From: Ophelia neglecta
Taxonomy: Eukaryota
Length of the DNA stretch: 64,000 nt
Direction of reading: 5' to 3'
Assembly: GCA_965285935.1 (NCBI GenBank)
Contig: OZ260665.1
Location: 38,998,001-39,062,000, forward strand
In this document: positions 12,901 through 25,900 of the stretch, piece by piece
Numbering within the stretch: position 1 is the stretch's first letter
How the letters are laid out: the number at the start of each line of letters is the position of its first letter
Notes under the pieces: generated by a model
Told to the model about the DNA's origin: nothing
The model's input: the letters and a program-made list of their open reading frames with translations, nothing else
Databases searched by the model: none
Translations under genes and position numbers: made by a program

Positions 12901-15782
12901 AGCCTATAAACAAATCTGGCAAATGTCGTTTAATTTCCTGCAGGCGGTTAAGGAAATAGACCCCTCGGTCCTCATTTATTACAGTTGTCATTTCTAACGG
13001 CAAAAGCATGGGTTGTGTTCATGATAAAAACGTGTCTAGTAATATTTTATGGCTTCGAAATCGGATATGTGAAATAAAGACACCATGGGTTGGTATGACA
13101 GGTAGTTATAGAAATTAATGAAGCAATTTCTTATCCTGTGCTTCCGCTTAACTATGAGTATCACATCTGACCGGGCACGACTTACTACATATAAATTACA
13201 ATAAAGGGAAATCACAATAACGACTGTCTATTCGTTTGCGCATGCCCGTGGCAACCCCAAAGTAGAGAAAGCTAAAAACCAAAACGTTCAAAAAATTACA
13301 ACGAAATGCTCGGATAACATCCTATAAATCGCTACCATTTTTATCTTTATGTCATTTATGAGCTTGATAAACCGAAACCTCTGATCATGTGGACTAACTG
13401 ATAATGAGCTGTTCTTCTTAATTAAGATGCTGGGAGGATTTAAGCGTTTTATATAATTTGAAGACTGTCCGCTATCTTGGTATGTGTGTGGGACACGTAG
13501 AACGCACTCTGCCAAATACTCAACCCTCGTCAGGTTCTCTGGGACTGCTTAAAGAATCGAGTAAAGCTAAGGGGTGAGGGAGGGTGTGTTGACCATGTGG
13601 ATCCGACATAAAGAAATCTCCAATCTCAAGTAGTAGCAACTAAATTAGTTTGATTGAGATGATATTTATGACTGGTGCTCAGAACTAATGGTGTTTTTTG
13701 TTGTTTCAGGTTATTGCCATAGTTTGACGTGTTTTGAGTGTGTGAACCACCCCGTGTATGGTACCGGTCAGGGTTGTGGCGAGACCGTGTCGACTACCTC
13801 CTCACAAGTCAAACAAATCACGTGCAATGACTTCTGTATGGTTAGATCATGGCTTATTGTCTTAATTTATATAATTTCACGAACCTTAGGCTAGGTGATA
13901 TTTAATTTGCAAGACGTGGAAGACACGTCTGTATGTCTTTGATCTACATGTTAACCAAAATAAATTATATTCACAATTTTTTTTACATTTGTTCAAATGT
14001 AGGCATAAAGGCATTTCAAGATAATTTATGCACATAATATGGCCTATACCATAACAAAAAATAAGAGCCACATATGTCGATAAAAGCCCAATTTAACAAA
14101 CTACCAGACACAATGATGGTGGTACTGTATGCAGCGAGTCTCTTGGTAAGCTTGTCACAATACGTGTTTTTGTGAGTACAGCTTCAATGTGTATTTGAGT
14201 ATTCTACATGCCATTTTAGTTTACAGATCAAAGAGCAGGAACTTGTCTCTGTATAAAAAAACAGCTGAAGGGGAAAAAATATTGCCAGTTAGGTGCACCG
14301 CGGTGACTATTTAGAACCTGAGATATAATCTATGGTGACGATCTTTTCTGGCTAGATTTGTATACAATAGTTGAGTTCCATGTGATACAATTGCCTGTTG
14401 TACCGAGTTGGGTGCTGACGGTGTCCTTGACGTTTTTATCTTTCCAGCAGATTTCACCACCATGCATGCAGGGATATTTATTATTGATCCATTTTTGTCA
14501 GTCTGTTGTGTTATTTTCCATGGTATACAGGCAGCAGGGTTCTCTTTAAAGCCTACAGTTTCATCTCGCTTCCCAAAGTTGGTTCATGCTGAGGATAACT
14601 TTAGGATTATCTCCAAAATGTTCAGGGTTTAGCAAGTACGTATCAATGCTAGACAAGACATGAATTCGATTAATGGTGGCATTTCCGGTTGGGCTCTTTT
14701 CCTCCCCCTCTACCATCGATTATTCCACTTTATGTTCCCGGAGCGCATAGTCCTACCGTCGGTGTTGTTACTCAGTTCTGCCTTGTTTGTTCCTCCCCTT
14801 GCACATAGTTTCCTATTACCAATAAATAGATATATGAAGTGTTATCTGTTGTGCCTCTTGCATACCCGTCCATCAAACTGTGGGTCCTCTACATTGATGT
14901 TTCTCGAAAGAAACCGTTTGCCTGGGGCACGGGTAATGGAAAGTCCCGACTTCTAATCTGGATCTCATCAAAGCTTTTAAATTGCTCTGTAATCACGCAT
15001 GAACCACACTTAGCCTGACAATCAACTGGTACGATGGCACGCGGACCGCTGAATTATAATCTGAGGGTCAAGGGAATTTCTCATGCAAGCACGAGTTCTT
15101 CTTTTCTAATTTCAGATATCTAAAAATTTTATAAATGGTGATTTTATCTACAACCGAGGATGTGGCTGCACCGAAGTTTCCGAGAAGAAGTCGGTTGTCA
15201 AATGCTGTAGACAACATCGGTGTAATGTTAATTTTGCGACTGCATGTAAGAGAACCTATTATGAAGAGTGAATTTTGTTAATTCCTATTGTTTAATAAAC
15301 ACACCATTTGTTGGGATATGGATGGGGGTAGCGGGTAGGCAGGGGTTGGAGGTAGATGGTGGGGAGGGGGCGTGTTTTGTGGACTGAGAGAAACGTCTGT
15401 ACTCTTTCTTTCTCCGTTGGAAACTGTTGTTTTCCTGTCTTTATGAAAACCTTTTTCTTTTCTTGTCTATTAAACATAGGGATGAACGCATTGTATTGGA
15501 TTCATTTAATATCCCACTTATTAATTCATCGTCATGAAATCATGAAGTAACATTCACTCGTTTCATAACAACCTACTTACTTTATACATATATCTTATGT
15601 TTCCTTACATGAATAACCAGTTGGTTCGCGATCAGATGTGTTTTTCACAGATCTGATTTTGCTATTTTGAAATTTCAGCCGTAGAAGTGACAGATGGCAG
15701 TCAGACATTTCACCAACATACCTTATTCATCTCCATATCAATTGCATCGATAGGAATATTTTTATCAAAAGTCCGCATATAA
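6903..15782 (+). CDS. GPI-anchored Ly6/uPAR (LU, three-finger) protein, quiver/sleepless/lynx-like; exons 6903-6951, 13710-13840, 15116-15245, 15679-15782
   Basis: All junctions are GT-AG and phase-compatible (1,0,1). Protein (137 aa): MYEKDVAVIAGVFMLAGYCHS-LTCFECVNHPVYGTGQGCGETVSTTSSQVKQITCNDFCMISKNFINGDFIYNRGCGCTEVSEKKSVVKCCRQHRCNVNFATASVEVTDGSQTFHQHTLFISISIASIGIFLSKVRI*. It has a signal peptide, LxCxxC start, 10 Cys, RGC, CCxxxxCN end, and a small-residue omega region plus hydrophobic tail. AATAAA near 16346. Exon 1 is the least certain assignment. Confidence 0.88.
9100..9750. repeat. Degenerate AT-rich short-period repeat (AAACATATAGT / CTATAGT units), probable non-autonomous element remnant
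   Basis: aaacatatagtaac, aaacatatagttg, gtaaacatatagtta, gtctatagtt and gtatagtaaac recur across the segment. Confidence 0.4.
9875..10066 (+). repeat. G-rich low-complexity tract with G-quadruplex potential in Ly6 intron 1
   Basis: Multiple runs of 4-14 G. The poly-Pro ORF 9854-10090 (-) is a by-product. Confidence 0.85.
14330..14720 (-). mobile_element. Possible heavily decayed Penelope-like (RT to GIY-YIG linker) remnant in Ly6 intron 2
   Basis: Minus-strand fragments RIHVLSSIDTY, FKENPAA, YPCMHGGEICW and CITWNSTIVY loosely follow the order of PLE linker motifs; many stops and frameshifts. Confidence 0.25.
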
Positions 15783-18656
15783 GATATTGTTGAAGGGGTT
15801 GTTTTTTGTAATTGCTTTATTCTAGTCAACAGTGAGTATAAAGGAAGACACTTAATTACATTAACGTTCCTCAACATGTCGGAACGATTTATATTTTAAG
15901 GTGTACCATTACACCATAAAAACGTCTCACTTTGGATCGATACGATTATATTGGTGTTATATTAAGTACTATTACGATTTTATTTCTTGACTGCACCATA
16001 TATGAGTTGTTAACTGTCAATTTAGCCCCCGATGTATGTATTTTTCACCAAGTCTTCTTGTATAACGTATTCGGTGTGTAATAGATATAGCTTCTGATTT
16101 AGATGTTTCATTCTACTCTCAATGGAAATTATCAGTGTGGACGCAGTCACAAAATCGTGTTATAATAGTTAAGCCCTTTTTTTATACAGCTATTGACCTG
16201 TATTTATATATAATTTCGCTTTGTGTATGATTGTTGCAGCAGAAAGTAATCATAGCCGTGAACAAAGTTTTGCAAAAATGTGATGTTTCTACTTTTTTCA
16301 CTTCTGTATGAAATTATCTCATGCATTCCCTATTTTAAGGATATGAATAAAAGGAAGAATGTTTACTCAAGCCTGTGTTTAAATATTATTTAAGAATTGA
16401 TTGCGCCATCATTTTTGAAAACTCAAGTGGGCCTTTGTGTGGCAAACTAATTGTCTCGTCTGTAAACAATATACGTAGGCAGAAATCCTTTATTTCGATG
16501 GCACATACAAACGCAGATCGTGCCCGGACCAAACCGTCACGGACAGTGTGTACAATGAATATATGAACATTGAAGTCAATCAAAACAGCAGCGCTCTATC
16601 GCCTTTCATTGCTTTCTGTCCAAACTAACTCCGGGCTGATATGTGCTATGAGAAGACACGCACATCGGCTCAGCAATCGAAAGTAGCCCAGTTCCTGTCT
16701 CTGGCATATATCGACAATTCCTTTGTGCGGACGTATGCTGACGGCCAAAAACAAAACATTGTGGTCAGTGATGGGTCAAACATAGCAGCCGACACTGGGG
16801 TCCCTAGCTGAACCACCAGCAATACTATTAAGAGATTGTTTCAGTGTCAACATCCGGGGTGAAGGTGGGGGTATATTTTGAACCGACATCGCAAAACGCG
16901 AAAAGTTTTTTGACCGCCTTCTTAACCCAGTCAAAAGCCCCCCCCCCTCCGGCTTGGCGATCAACACTTTTATTACCCCCCACATCCAAATAAATCGCAA
17001 AGTAATTTAAGCATACACAAATATCGCACGGATTGACATAGGTATAAATGCGTATAATACATGCGCAATGACGTGCGCAGGGGTCAGTTCAGTACAGTAT
17101 CAGCCGTAGTGAATTAGAGATAATCCTGGGACCGAGAATGGGGCCACGTCAATAAAGTTGCTGGCCAGTCGATTAAATGCTCCCAAGCCAGCTGACACGA
17201 CAAAATAATTCACAACAGTTGAAAAGAAAATAAGTCTGAATATGGGCTAGTTCATATATTAGTAAGAGGAATCGGTGTGGAACGTCTTGCTTTAAAACCA
17301 GAAAACGGATTAAGTCCGCAATGCAGTCAACAGTAGCAAGAATAATTAATTTAATAAACGAATATCCTATATATATATATAGAGAACTTTTGTAATATCA
17401 TATGCTTCTATCTAAGCTACACAACAAAGTTGATTGGTATCGCTAATTTAGTAGTGTTCGCTATTTCGCTATTTGCTAAATATAAACGTATATAGCTGAA
17501 CAGTTTTATTCCAGTCCAAATATAAGGAAATTGTGAAAGTAGCAACAACTACTGAGGCTTGTCGCTCCCTGAACTTGTGGCTGTCCATTGTGTATTTAAA
17601 TCTGAAATGAAATGTCTAATAATCGTCCTAGGACACTCACATCTGTGATATAAACTAGCAAATCGTGATCAATGATATCCTAATTAATGTAATTATAAAT
17701 CCATAAACTAATGATCATCGACAAAGGAAGGAGGAAAAACATGCTATGACGGAAAATTTGATTCTTAATTATATTTATTTCATAAGACAAGTATAATTAT
17801 TTAGAATTAAAAGCAAAACTAACCACAAAAAAATTGATTGTATTATTATTACCACTATTTATGGCTAATGTATTTTTTGCTGAGCTTAAATTTGTTTTAT
17901 TAAGTTTTCATTGAATACATTTTATCTAAAAAATTATGAAAAACCGCACAATATCATGACTAACATTGTCTGAAGTAGCTTACGACACATGGGTTTCCCC
18001 GTGCTTCTATAAGGAAAAAGTAGTTACTTTTTATGTAGGGAAGTGAACGCAAGTGTATGTAATATAGTTACCAATAAACAGATTGCAGACGAATCAGAAG
18101 AGACTAAACAATCTCTAAAAGCGAGAAGAGCATTTTAACCACATAACTTTTACTTTTGGGTTCAGTATATACATCTATAGGGACAATCAAAGTTAGTTTT
18201 AATACGTTTTACCATAATATCTGCAGGTAAAGTTTTAAAAGTGTTCTGATTCAAGTGAATTAAGTTTCACGTAAAGACTATTGGCTTACATTCAAGCATC
18301 ATTCTTAGTCATACACGACATTTTTGTACTCGTGTCTTTTTTTCCAATGCGTCATTATTGGTTTGTTGAACTCGATGTTGTTTACCATAATTGGTTTCAT
18401 ATGAATTGTAGCAATTGCTTGCATAATGGCTAAAAAGCCATCATTTATTGTCCGAAATTATATTACAGATGAGGTTTAACATGTTATATAAAAATGCAGT
18501 CATGAACCCTAGTTTATGGGTTAGTATAATTATGCAGTTTGTTGCTATATTATCATGGGCACAAAATTAGATTTTTATCACTTGAAATACTGTTGTTATT
18601 TTCTCTGCTAGTCGTTGACCTTTATAGGCTACAAGGTTAAAGTAGCTAATAAAACC

Positions 18657-18657
<1 letters not shown>

Positions 18658-18699
<42 letters not shown>
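18658..18699 (+). repeat. (CAT)14 microsatellite
   Basis: Perfect CAT trinucleotide run. Confidence 0.97.
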
Positions 18700-18701
<2 letters not shown>

Positions 18702-19192
18702 CCGTAATACTCCGCAATGTCACCGCTGACTCTTTATCACAGTGTCATAACTACCTTGATACAACATGTCTTCATTATAAGGACATAATGTATTATGGGC
18801 TGCATATGCATTATGAGAATATTTGCCGCTTTTTATCATAACTGTGCCAAATTGAAACGAAAGCTTTCTTGAAACATGCCAAAGGAGTTTCACATGGAAG
18901 AGAGGGTATTATAGTTTATAAAAATAACATTTAAACAAACAAAAACTAACAATTCGAAGCTGTTAGCTGTGGGTGCCTCTTTATTTATTTATCCATAGCC
19001 GGAGATAGAAAAAACAAAGACTACTACCCCTACTGGAAACCAAATGGAACCCGCACTAATCGAAAAACAAGGATCACCCATCACCCCAATTTAGCACTAT
19101 AACGACTCGAAGCTATTCCGCTCCCGTTAGACGAGAGGGATAAGAGCTACTGACATAGTGTCACGATACAAGAACACACCTTCAACTGAACG

Positions 19193-21242
19193 ATGTTTTG
19201 TCATTGGAGGATCTTTGTAGGAGTTTGTTTGACTAGCATATGCTTTTCAAACACCTATGCTGCAAAAAGTGGTAAGAAAGGAGGATGTTTGTATTCATTT
19301 ATGTAAAAGAAGACCGCATACATAATAAATAACATAAAGGTATAGAGTGGATCAAAATGAATAAAGAATACATTCTAGTAAATTTTTTAATGATTTCCAA
19401 GATTTATATGATATCTAAACCTTTTATTCTGCAGGAGTGCGTGAATGGTATGTCTCGTTCAGGGCGTATGGGCAGGATGTCCAATGCGGCACTCGAGCAT
19501 CGCCATGCAGAAATCTAGATGACGTGATAACTGTCGCAGGGGACTCCGACATCATCCACATCGAGGCACATCCGGCAAATTCTGCTGAGTACAGGCTCAA
19601 TACAGGAGACGGCTCAGTCACAATGAACAAAAATCTACACATTGTTGGATACAATGGCGTTCCCAGAATATTACTAGCCAGTGACGACATAGTTGATGGA
19701 TATAGGTTAGGCAACAATAGAATCCGAAGGCAAACACAGGGCTGCCATGTGACGCTCGAACGCCTAAGTTTGGAAGAGGGCCTTATTTCGTTCGGAATGT
19801 GTTCGGTAAATATATCCCAAGTCACATTTGTTGATGCCGGAATAACAGAATCAAACAACCTACTGGACGTCAACATATTTATTGAGCGTTCAGAGTTTCA
19901 TGGAAAGCCTGCGTGTCCGTCTGGAGGTCTTTGTGGAAGCAGCATCATCAGCAACATAACCTGCCATGATATTAACCTGACCATCCAGGACTCAAAGTTC
20001 TACAACACTATGATGAAAGTGTCAGCAACGGACGGGCAAAGATCTGAAGTTAAGGTGACTAATTCTCAATTTAGCAACAAAGAGCAGCATGTTAGTTCGA
20101 TGGGAGGATTGAACCTTGCACTGCTTACGAATCACTCTAAGGTAACAGTCCGAAACTGTACATTTGAGCATTTGATTAACCCAACTATTGTCAAAAGCGC
20201 AACAAATCTATTTGAGGCGGCTCTGCAGGTACGCGTTTCTAGGATTGAGCGGCTGGACAATGACACGTCCGCCTTTTTCTTCGTTGATCACAGCCTGTTC
20301 TTCAACAATGAAAGAGGTGTCAGCATCATAGGCTCGTGGAATAATGTGACCTTCAACAACTGTATATTTGAACAAAATATTGCAGTGCACGCTGGGGCGG
20401 GGATCCTGCAGCTGACGGAGAAAAGCACCCGTGTTGTTGTGGTAGGTAGTCGATTCTCCTCCAACCAGGCGGGTTCTCTCCGGGCCCATGACACCCACGA
20501 TACACCGGACACGGTCCAAGTGGAAAACAAAGAGATACATGTCGAACACGACTGCTGTAAAGGGGTGATGGCGATGGTAGGTAAGGGTGGAGCCATAAGA
20601 GTACAGAAAGGGAAGATGGACATCATCAACTGTACGTTTACAAACAACACTGCCCATCTCATGGGAGGTTCTGTAATGGTGGACATGGATGGGGAGCTGG
20701 AGATCCGAGACAGTCGGTTCCAAAACTCACCCGATCTCCTTCTCTCCGAGCAAGGAGACATACTCTACTCCCGAGGTAAAGTAATCATGTCAGGAGTCGT
20801 CTTTGACGTTCAATCGACCACAAACGGCGTTAGTCATGTCAAGCACCAGGGAGACCACTGGTCTTTGGCTATGACCAGCATATATTTTCAGTGTCCAGTA
20901 GGCTTCAACGTTAAAGCTACAAACTCAACTGCCTATGGCGTCACTTCCGCTGGAATGAGACGCTCATACCGTTTAGATGATTTGACTTACTCGTGTACCT
21001 ACTGCCCCCATCACAAGCACAGCCAGGACCGCGGGTATCTTAACTATACTATAATCCACACCACATTTGCTGCCTACACTTTCAAGATAGACGGAACACG
21101 TCCGAATACCTCAACAGAGGGCGACATTGACCACCATATGATCGATTGCAGATCCCGGGCAGTGATTAATTTCCGAGCAGCTGCCTTGACAACCGTCTTC
21201 TTTTTGACTAGCTATGTACTAGCTGTTGACACGTTCTGTTGA
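19193..21242 (+). CDS. Secreted right-handed beta-helix (pectin-lyase fold) protein with polymorphic-membrane-protein-like repeats; exons 19193-19271 and 19435-21242 (~628 aa); possibly 3'-truncated
   Basis: Exon 1 MFCHWRIFVGVCLTSICFSNTYAAKS is a signal peptide ending G|gtaaga (phase 1). The 163-nt intron ends ttattctgcag, phase-compatible with the 1.8-kb ORF. N-terminal WYVS..G.D..CG....PC..L motif; repeated CxFxxN/FxxN and GAGI/GGAI/GGSV motifs; many NxS/T sequons; CPxG and CxxCP cysteine-rich segment near the end. Confidence 0.88.
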
Positions 21243-23167
21243 TTTAACCTAAAAATCTTGCAACACCTTGCTACTGAAAAACATAGTTTTAATACATAGA
21301 AACCAATTTATTATTATCCACTGAATCCACTACGTTATATACATCACATTTGATATGTTATAATACATAGAAATTAGCATGTGATTGACTGAAATCCTTA
21401 ATACATGTATCATCCAATGGCAAACCCCAATAAACAAAAGACATGCCTACCAATAGTAAAACACTCTATTTTATATTTGCGTATCTGCGCAGAGTACTTT
21501 TTATATCTAGTTCATGCTATGTTCAGAGGAATTCACAAGCATGTCTGTAGCGACATAATCCTGCATTCTTTCGTCAGACTAAAATTTCTTCAGATGCAGC
21601 TACCTTGAACGCCATTTTTATTTATAAACGACAAATATATTTTTATCTTAACATCGGACACAAGTCACCGTGCCCAAGTCGTGCTGTAATCAGCATCTGC
21701 TAAATATGTTAATCGTATGACTGAGCGGCTATAATCACATTTTCATGCACTGATATAGAGCATCTGTGACGATATGAAACTACTATGTAGATTATTTAAA
21801 GGTATTTATAGGGTTTTTTTTTACCTTGAAGGACTTTTGGTAATCTGAAAATCCCACCATACTTATATGCATAACACAATCATAAACTTGCTATTTTGCT
21901 CACAGCTTATGACCAAACCAAATTTGACGTAGATTATTCCATCATGGGCCAGGTTGACTTAAAGCATACCTACCCTCTTTCAAAATATGAAACTTCAATA
22001 TCTGCTTTGGTAGCTCCTAGTACACTGACACACTAATAACCTATTCATATATCGAAATGATGTGTAATATATATTTATAAAATAAACATCCTGACTTTTG
22101 AATGAAAGCCATTTGTTAAATTCTTAGAACTTATCGGTTTTATTAAAATCGGATATTTATTCTAGGTCAGCATGTTGTTTGTAAAACCCGGGTCAATGTG
22201 GTGTTAAATTCGGACAGCAAATCTCTTTCCTTTAAAGCGATCACGAGTCAGAAAAACTGGGGTGGATACCCGGCACACAAAGAAATGACTGTGGCGGTTT
22301 TCAAAGAAGCCATAATCTTAATTAAAAAACGGGGTGGATACCAGCTTGATAACATAATATCATTAAACTAGAATAGTCCATTAAATTGGTCCAAAAATTA
22401 TCTGGAACCAGACAACACATCAATGAATATATCTCCAGGCCTAAAACAATAAATAAACTTGTAATGCATATGATAATAAATGAAAACATAAACTAAATAT
22501 CACTTGAAACGAGAGGCAGAACATAAATAGAATGAATAAATAAGATAACCACACGAGGCTTTGTGTTTACTCGATATCTTGGGCCATTTTACATTTATTA
22601 CATTTTTCAACATGCGTCTGTGTTATGAGTTGACTTGTCTTTCTATTGTTTTGCCCATTTACCATGGTTCAGAATTGTATAGGCATTCACTTTCCACACA
22701 AGCACGGAATGGTCTGGCCTTATGTTGTATTTTGAGTTTATGTTCTTAAAACTCCGATTTCATTTTATTATTGGCTTCGTTTGCTAGTTGTTTTCTCCTA
22801 AAAGGCTGCCTAACATCTTGCGCTTTTGTCCACTAATTTGTTATTACTAGTTTCTGACATAACAAAGTCCACGTTTTTAAATAAGTTTACCACGAGTGTC
22901 GTGCAGTGACTTTTGGAGTTGTTTTTCTCTTTTCGATGTCAATTTAATGTATGCAGTTGGCTGTCGCCCAGCTAATGTCATCTGCCTATTTCGGCTCTAT
23001 TAAAAGTCAGATGTCTTGATTCTGTGAGTAGTTATGATCTTGTAGCCATGGTAGTAGTCTGCTGTTGTTGGTTGACGGGATGTTTCTGTAGTATGTATGT
23101 TCTGCTGGGTGCCTGGTTCTTCTAATGATCTGGCTAGGTACAATTTGAAGAGTATGGGGCTAAGACA

Positions 23168-23500
23168 ATGGGGACCAATGGCCCTCCTTTGTTTATAGAT
23201 TTGATTTTATTCACAAATAAATACGATTTTATGACTAGTTTGCCAAAGGATGGGACATTGCACAGAGCCAGGAAGTTTTCCTCCTCATATATCGATGATT
23301 TATGTTCCTTTGATAAAATAAAAGCTCAGGCAACAAGTTAGTAAAACTGTCCATCATTTAGAACTGAAAGATACTACTGACAGCCGAAATGGTTGCTCTT
23401 ATTTGGTCTTTTTCTTCATAGGCCAAAATGGACTATTGGGTTCACGTCAAAATGACCGAAGAGATGATTTCTATTCGTCAATGGTTAACTTCCCATTGAG
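23168..23500 (+). mobile_element. Penelope-like retroelement reverse transcriptase remnant (copy 1)
   Basis: MGTNGPPLFIDLILFTNKYDFMTSL...ARKFSSSYIDDLCSF, then LELKDTTDSRNGCSYL...DRRDDFYSSMVNFP. These are recognisable PLE RT motifs (MGTNCAP, YIDD, DKRDDF..IVNFP) broken by stops. Confidence 0.85.
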
Positions 23501-25469
23501 CTAAGGTTTATCGTGTTGTATGTTATTGGTTTGATTCTACGGTGGGTGATTGAGAATCATTTCACCAAAACATAACCTTGAGACTTAAAAATATACTCAA
23601 ATTGATATCAATTTTTGTTCTTTAATTGGACTAAACTGTATTGTGTTAAATATATAACTTGAAATAAAACTATATTTTAAGGTCATTTTCACCGCGCAAA
23701 GCAGCATATTCTTGTCTTGTTTTCTCCTGTATCTTTCATATCAAATATTCAATTAAAACTAACAAAACTAATCAAAAGCAAGCAAATTATAGATAGAGGC
23801 ACAAGTAGTTTATCAGTCAATACTATTACTGTCTGCTTCTGTAGAATACTCGAAATGTTACAGTAGAAGTAGTGAGTGGCAGCGTTGAAAACAAAATAAT
23901 AATTAAACGTGAAAGGATAGCAGATCTTGAAACGCCTATGGTTGAATACAACAAATAAACTAAGGTGTGTGGAATTGTTAAACATAGATACACATGTTGG
24001 GGGTTAATTATGAGACTATTTTCATACATCTAACATGAAACTTATTATTTTCTCTGATGGTTCCTAAGAAAAAACGGCACGATGCATGACAGTTATGACT
24101 TACAATTGTCTTCAATTAAGTTACAATGTTCTTGCACTAACTGCTTTCACGGAAAGCCTTTCGAACTCCAAAGATCGAGCTATCTTATTGGTTAATACTG
24201 AGTAACATTAGTGTTGCACTTGTATCGGGGTTTAAATTTGATGATGATTCTTACCAATTTGACCGACTATCACTCATTCAGGATTTTTTTTTCATGTCTG
24301 TTCGGTTTCATATGCCTCAAACAAGTAAACTTGTGTATTGATGTCTGTTCCGGTTTTAGTTCTAAATTAAAAACACCGCTCGGTTATTCAGTCAATCTAC
24401 TTATTTAATGAAGATATTGCTGGTTCAACTAAACAGGAGTAGATACTAAACAGACATTTCATTACTTTGGCCGATCACCAAGTCTACACTGTCTGCGACC
24501 AGCTTGCATTCACAAAGAACTGTGTCGACATTGCTAGTGTACTGCATAATAAAACTGACTCTTTTATAAAACACGACATAGGCTGCACATCTTGTATGGA
24601 GGGATATAAGCTCACTGCCATGAATTAGCCTTAAAAGGCTGCAGGCGGACTATACGGCAGGTGTCTCTCCCATTGAGCGCCTGTCACCCCGATAGGGACA
24701 TATCTGCCTCCAGGAAATATAACCTTGTAAGAGCTCATGTGCGAATCTCGGCTGATTTAAGCTAGTTGCTTTGAACAGTCAGTAGGAACTGAGGATAGGT
24801 CTATTGATATGTATCACTAGATCTGCCATATTATCGATTACCCTAAACTAGTTCAACCGAGGGTCCGATCATCCGATAAAACGAGATTTCTACGCAAGGC
24901 TGAAACAGTCGTGTACATCAATTTGATCAGAATATGAAAACCACCAACGATGGATCGACATATATCTCACATATACAAGCTGTGCAATGTTATTATGTAC
25001 AGATTAATGTAAACCGTTATGTTGTATAAAATAGGGCCTCATTGGACAAAATTGAAATACCAAAGCAATCTGAAAGGCCAAATTTGAATAAATTGATGTA
25101 GGTTAAATAGGCTTAATAAAAAAGAACACACTGACTACAACATACACATCAGTCTGGTCCTGTTTTAATCTTTACCGACCATGGACACTCTTTCGGATAT
25201 AATATTTCTGTGCATTGCTCCTAGCGCTGTTATTCAAGCGCCGGTGCAAGAATTGAATAAGCAGTCGGGAACCTGCATTGGAGGAAACACGACAGGAGAA
25301 AAATAGTTTTCGTCTACCCATATAAGCTATGTTTGCTAAATATTGATCATGGCATCAGTCTTAGCTCCCTGAGCTCAAAGACAACAATTTTCGATCCAGG
25401 CATGCACTGAGTGTTATTGTGTCCTCCTTGAGGTTCCTTCCGTCCTCTAACCGGTGATTGGTCACGTTA

Positions 25470-25900
25470 TTTCCATCCAGGAACCGCCCTTTTGTAGCAA
25501 ACAGTACCGCATATAATTGAATTCAAGCGCCATCCTTCACAAGCTGTTTGCCTAGTGCTGTCTCTCAAAGTGCCACAGAATTGACCATCTTTGGGCACTG
25601 GTATTTTATTGTATTTACCCCTATGGTGCACATGGTTACTAACGAGTTGGAAGTGTTTTCTTCTTCTCTTCATAGGCAACCTGCTCTCGTATTGCAACAG
25701 GGTCACCTTGATCTCTGGGCGACCATATCGAGTGCACCATTCGTGGCAGTGTATAGCCACCAGTTTATTTGATCAGACTTAAGGATGCAGCCTGTGGCTA
25801 AGGCTGGCCCTGTTGTTAGGAGAGCTCAGGAAGGCGTATGGGGATAACAGTGGCTTTATTTGGACTCCATTTGACGCTGTTCTGTGTTTTAAAGGCAAAG
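25470..25900 (-). mobile_element. Decayed 3' end of a non-LTR retrotransposon ORF2 (C-terminal zinc-binding region)
   Basis: Minus strand reads KLVAIH...RYGRPEIK..(C..C)..KHFQL across frameshifts, resembling the L.IE.GRY.RP...C..C...EDE.HF motif. Confidence 0.45.

Noticed and set aside
19010-19190. Possible SINE abutting the beta-helix start codon (shares tcggaagctRttcYgctc with ~61780)
   Set aside because: Only ~30 nt of partial similarity; no A/B boxes or target-site duplication identified.
19424-20761. Minus-strand ORFs 19424-19876, 20208-20723, 20288-20761
   Set aside because: Antisense shadows of the beta-helix exon (likewise 35746-36153 and 46949-47230 for the aGPCR).
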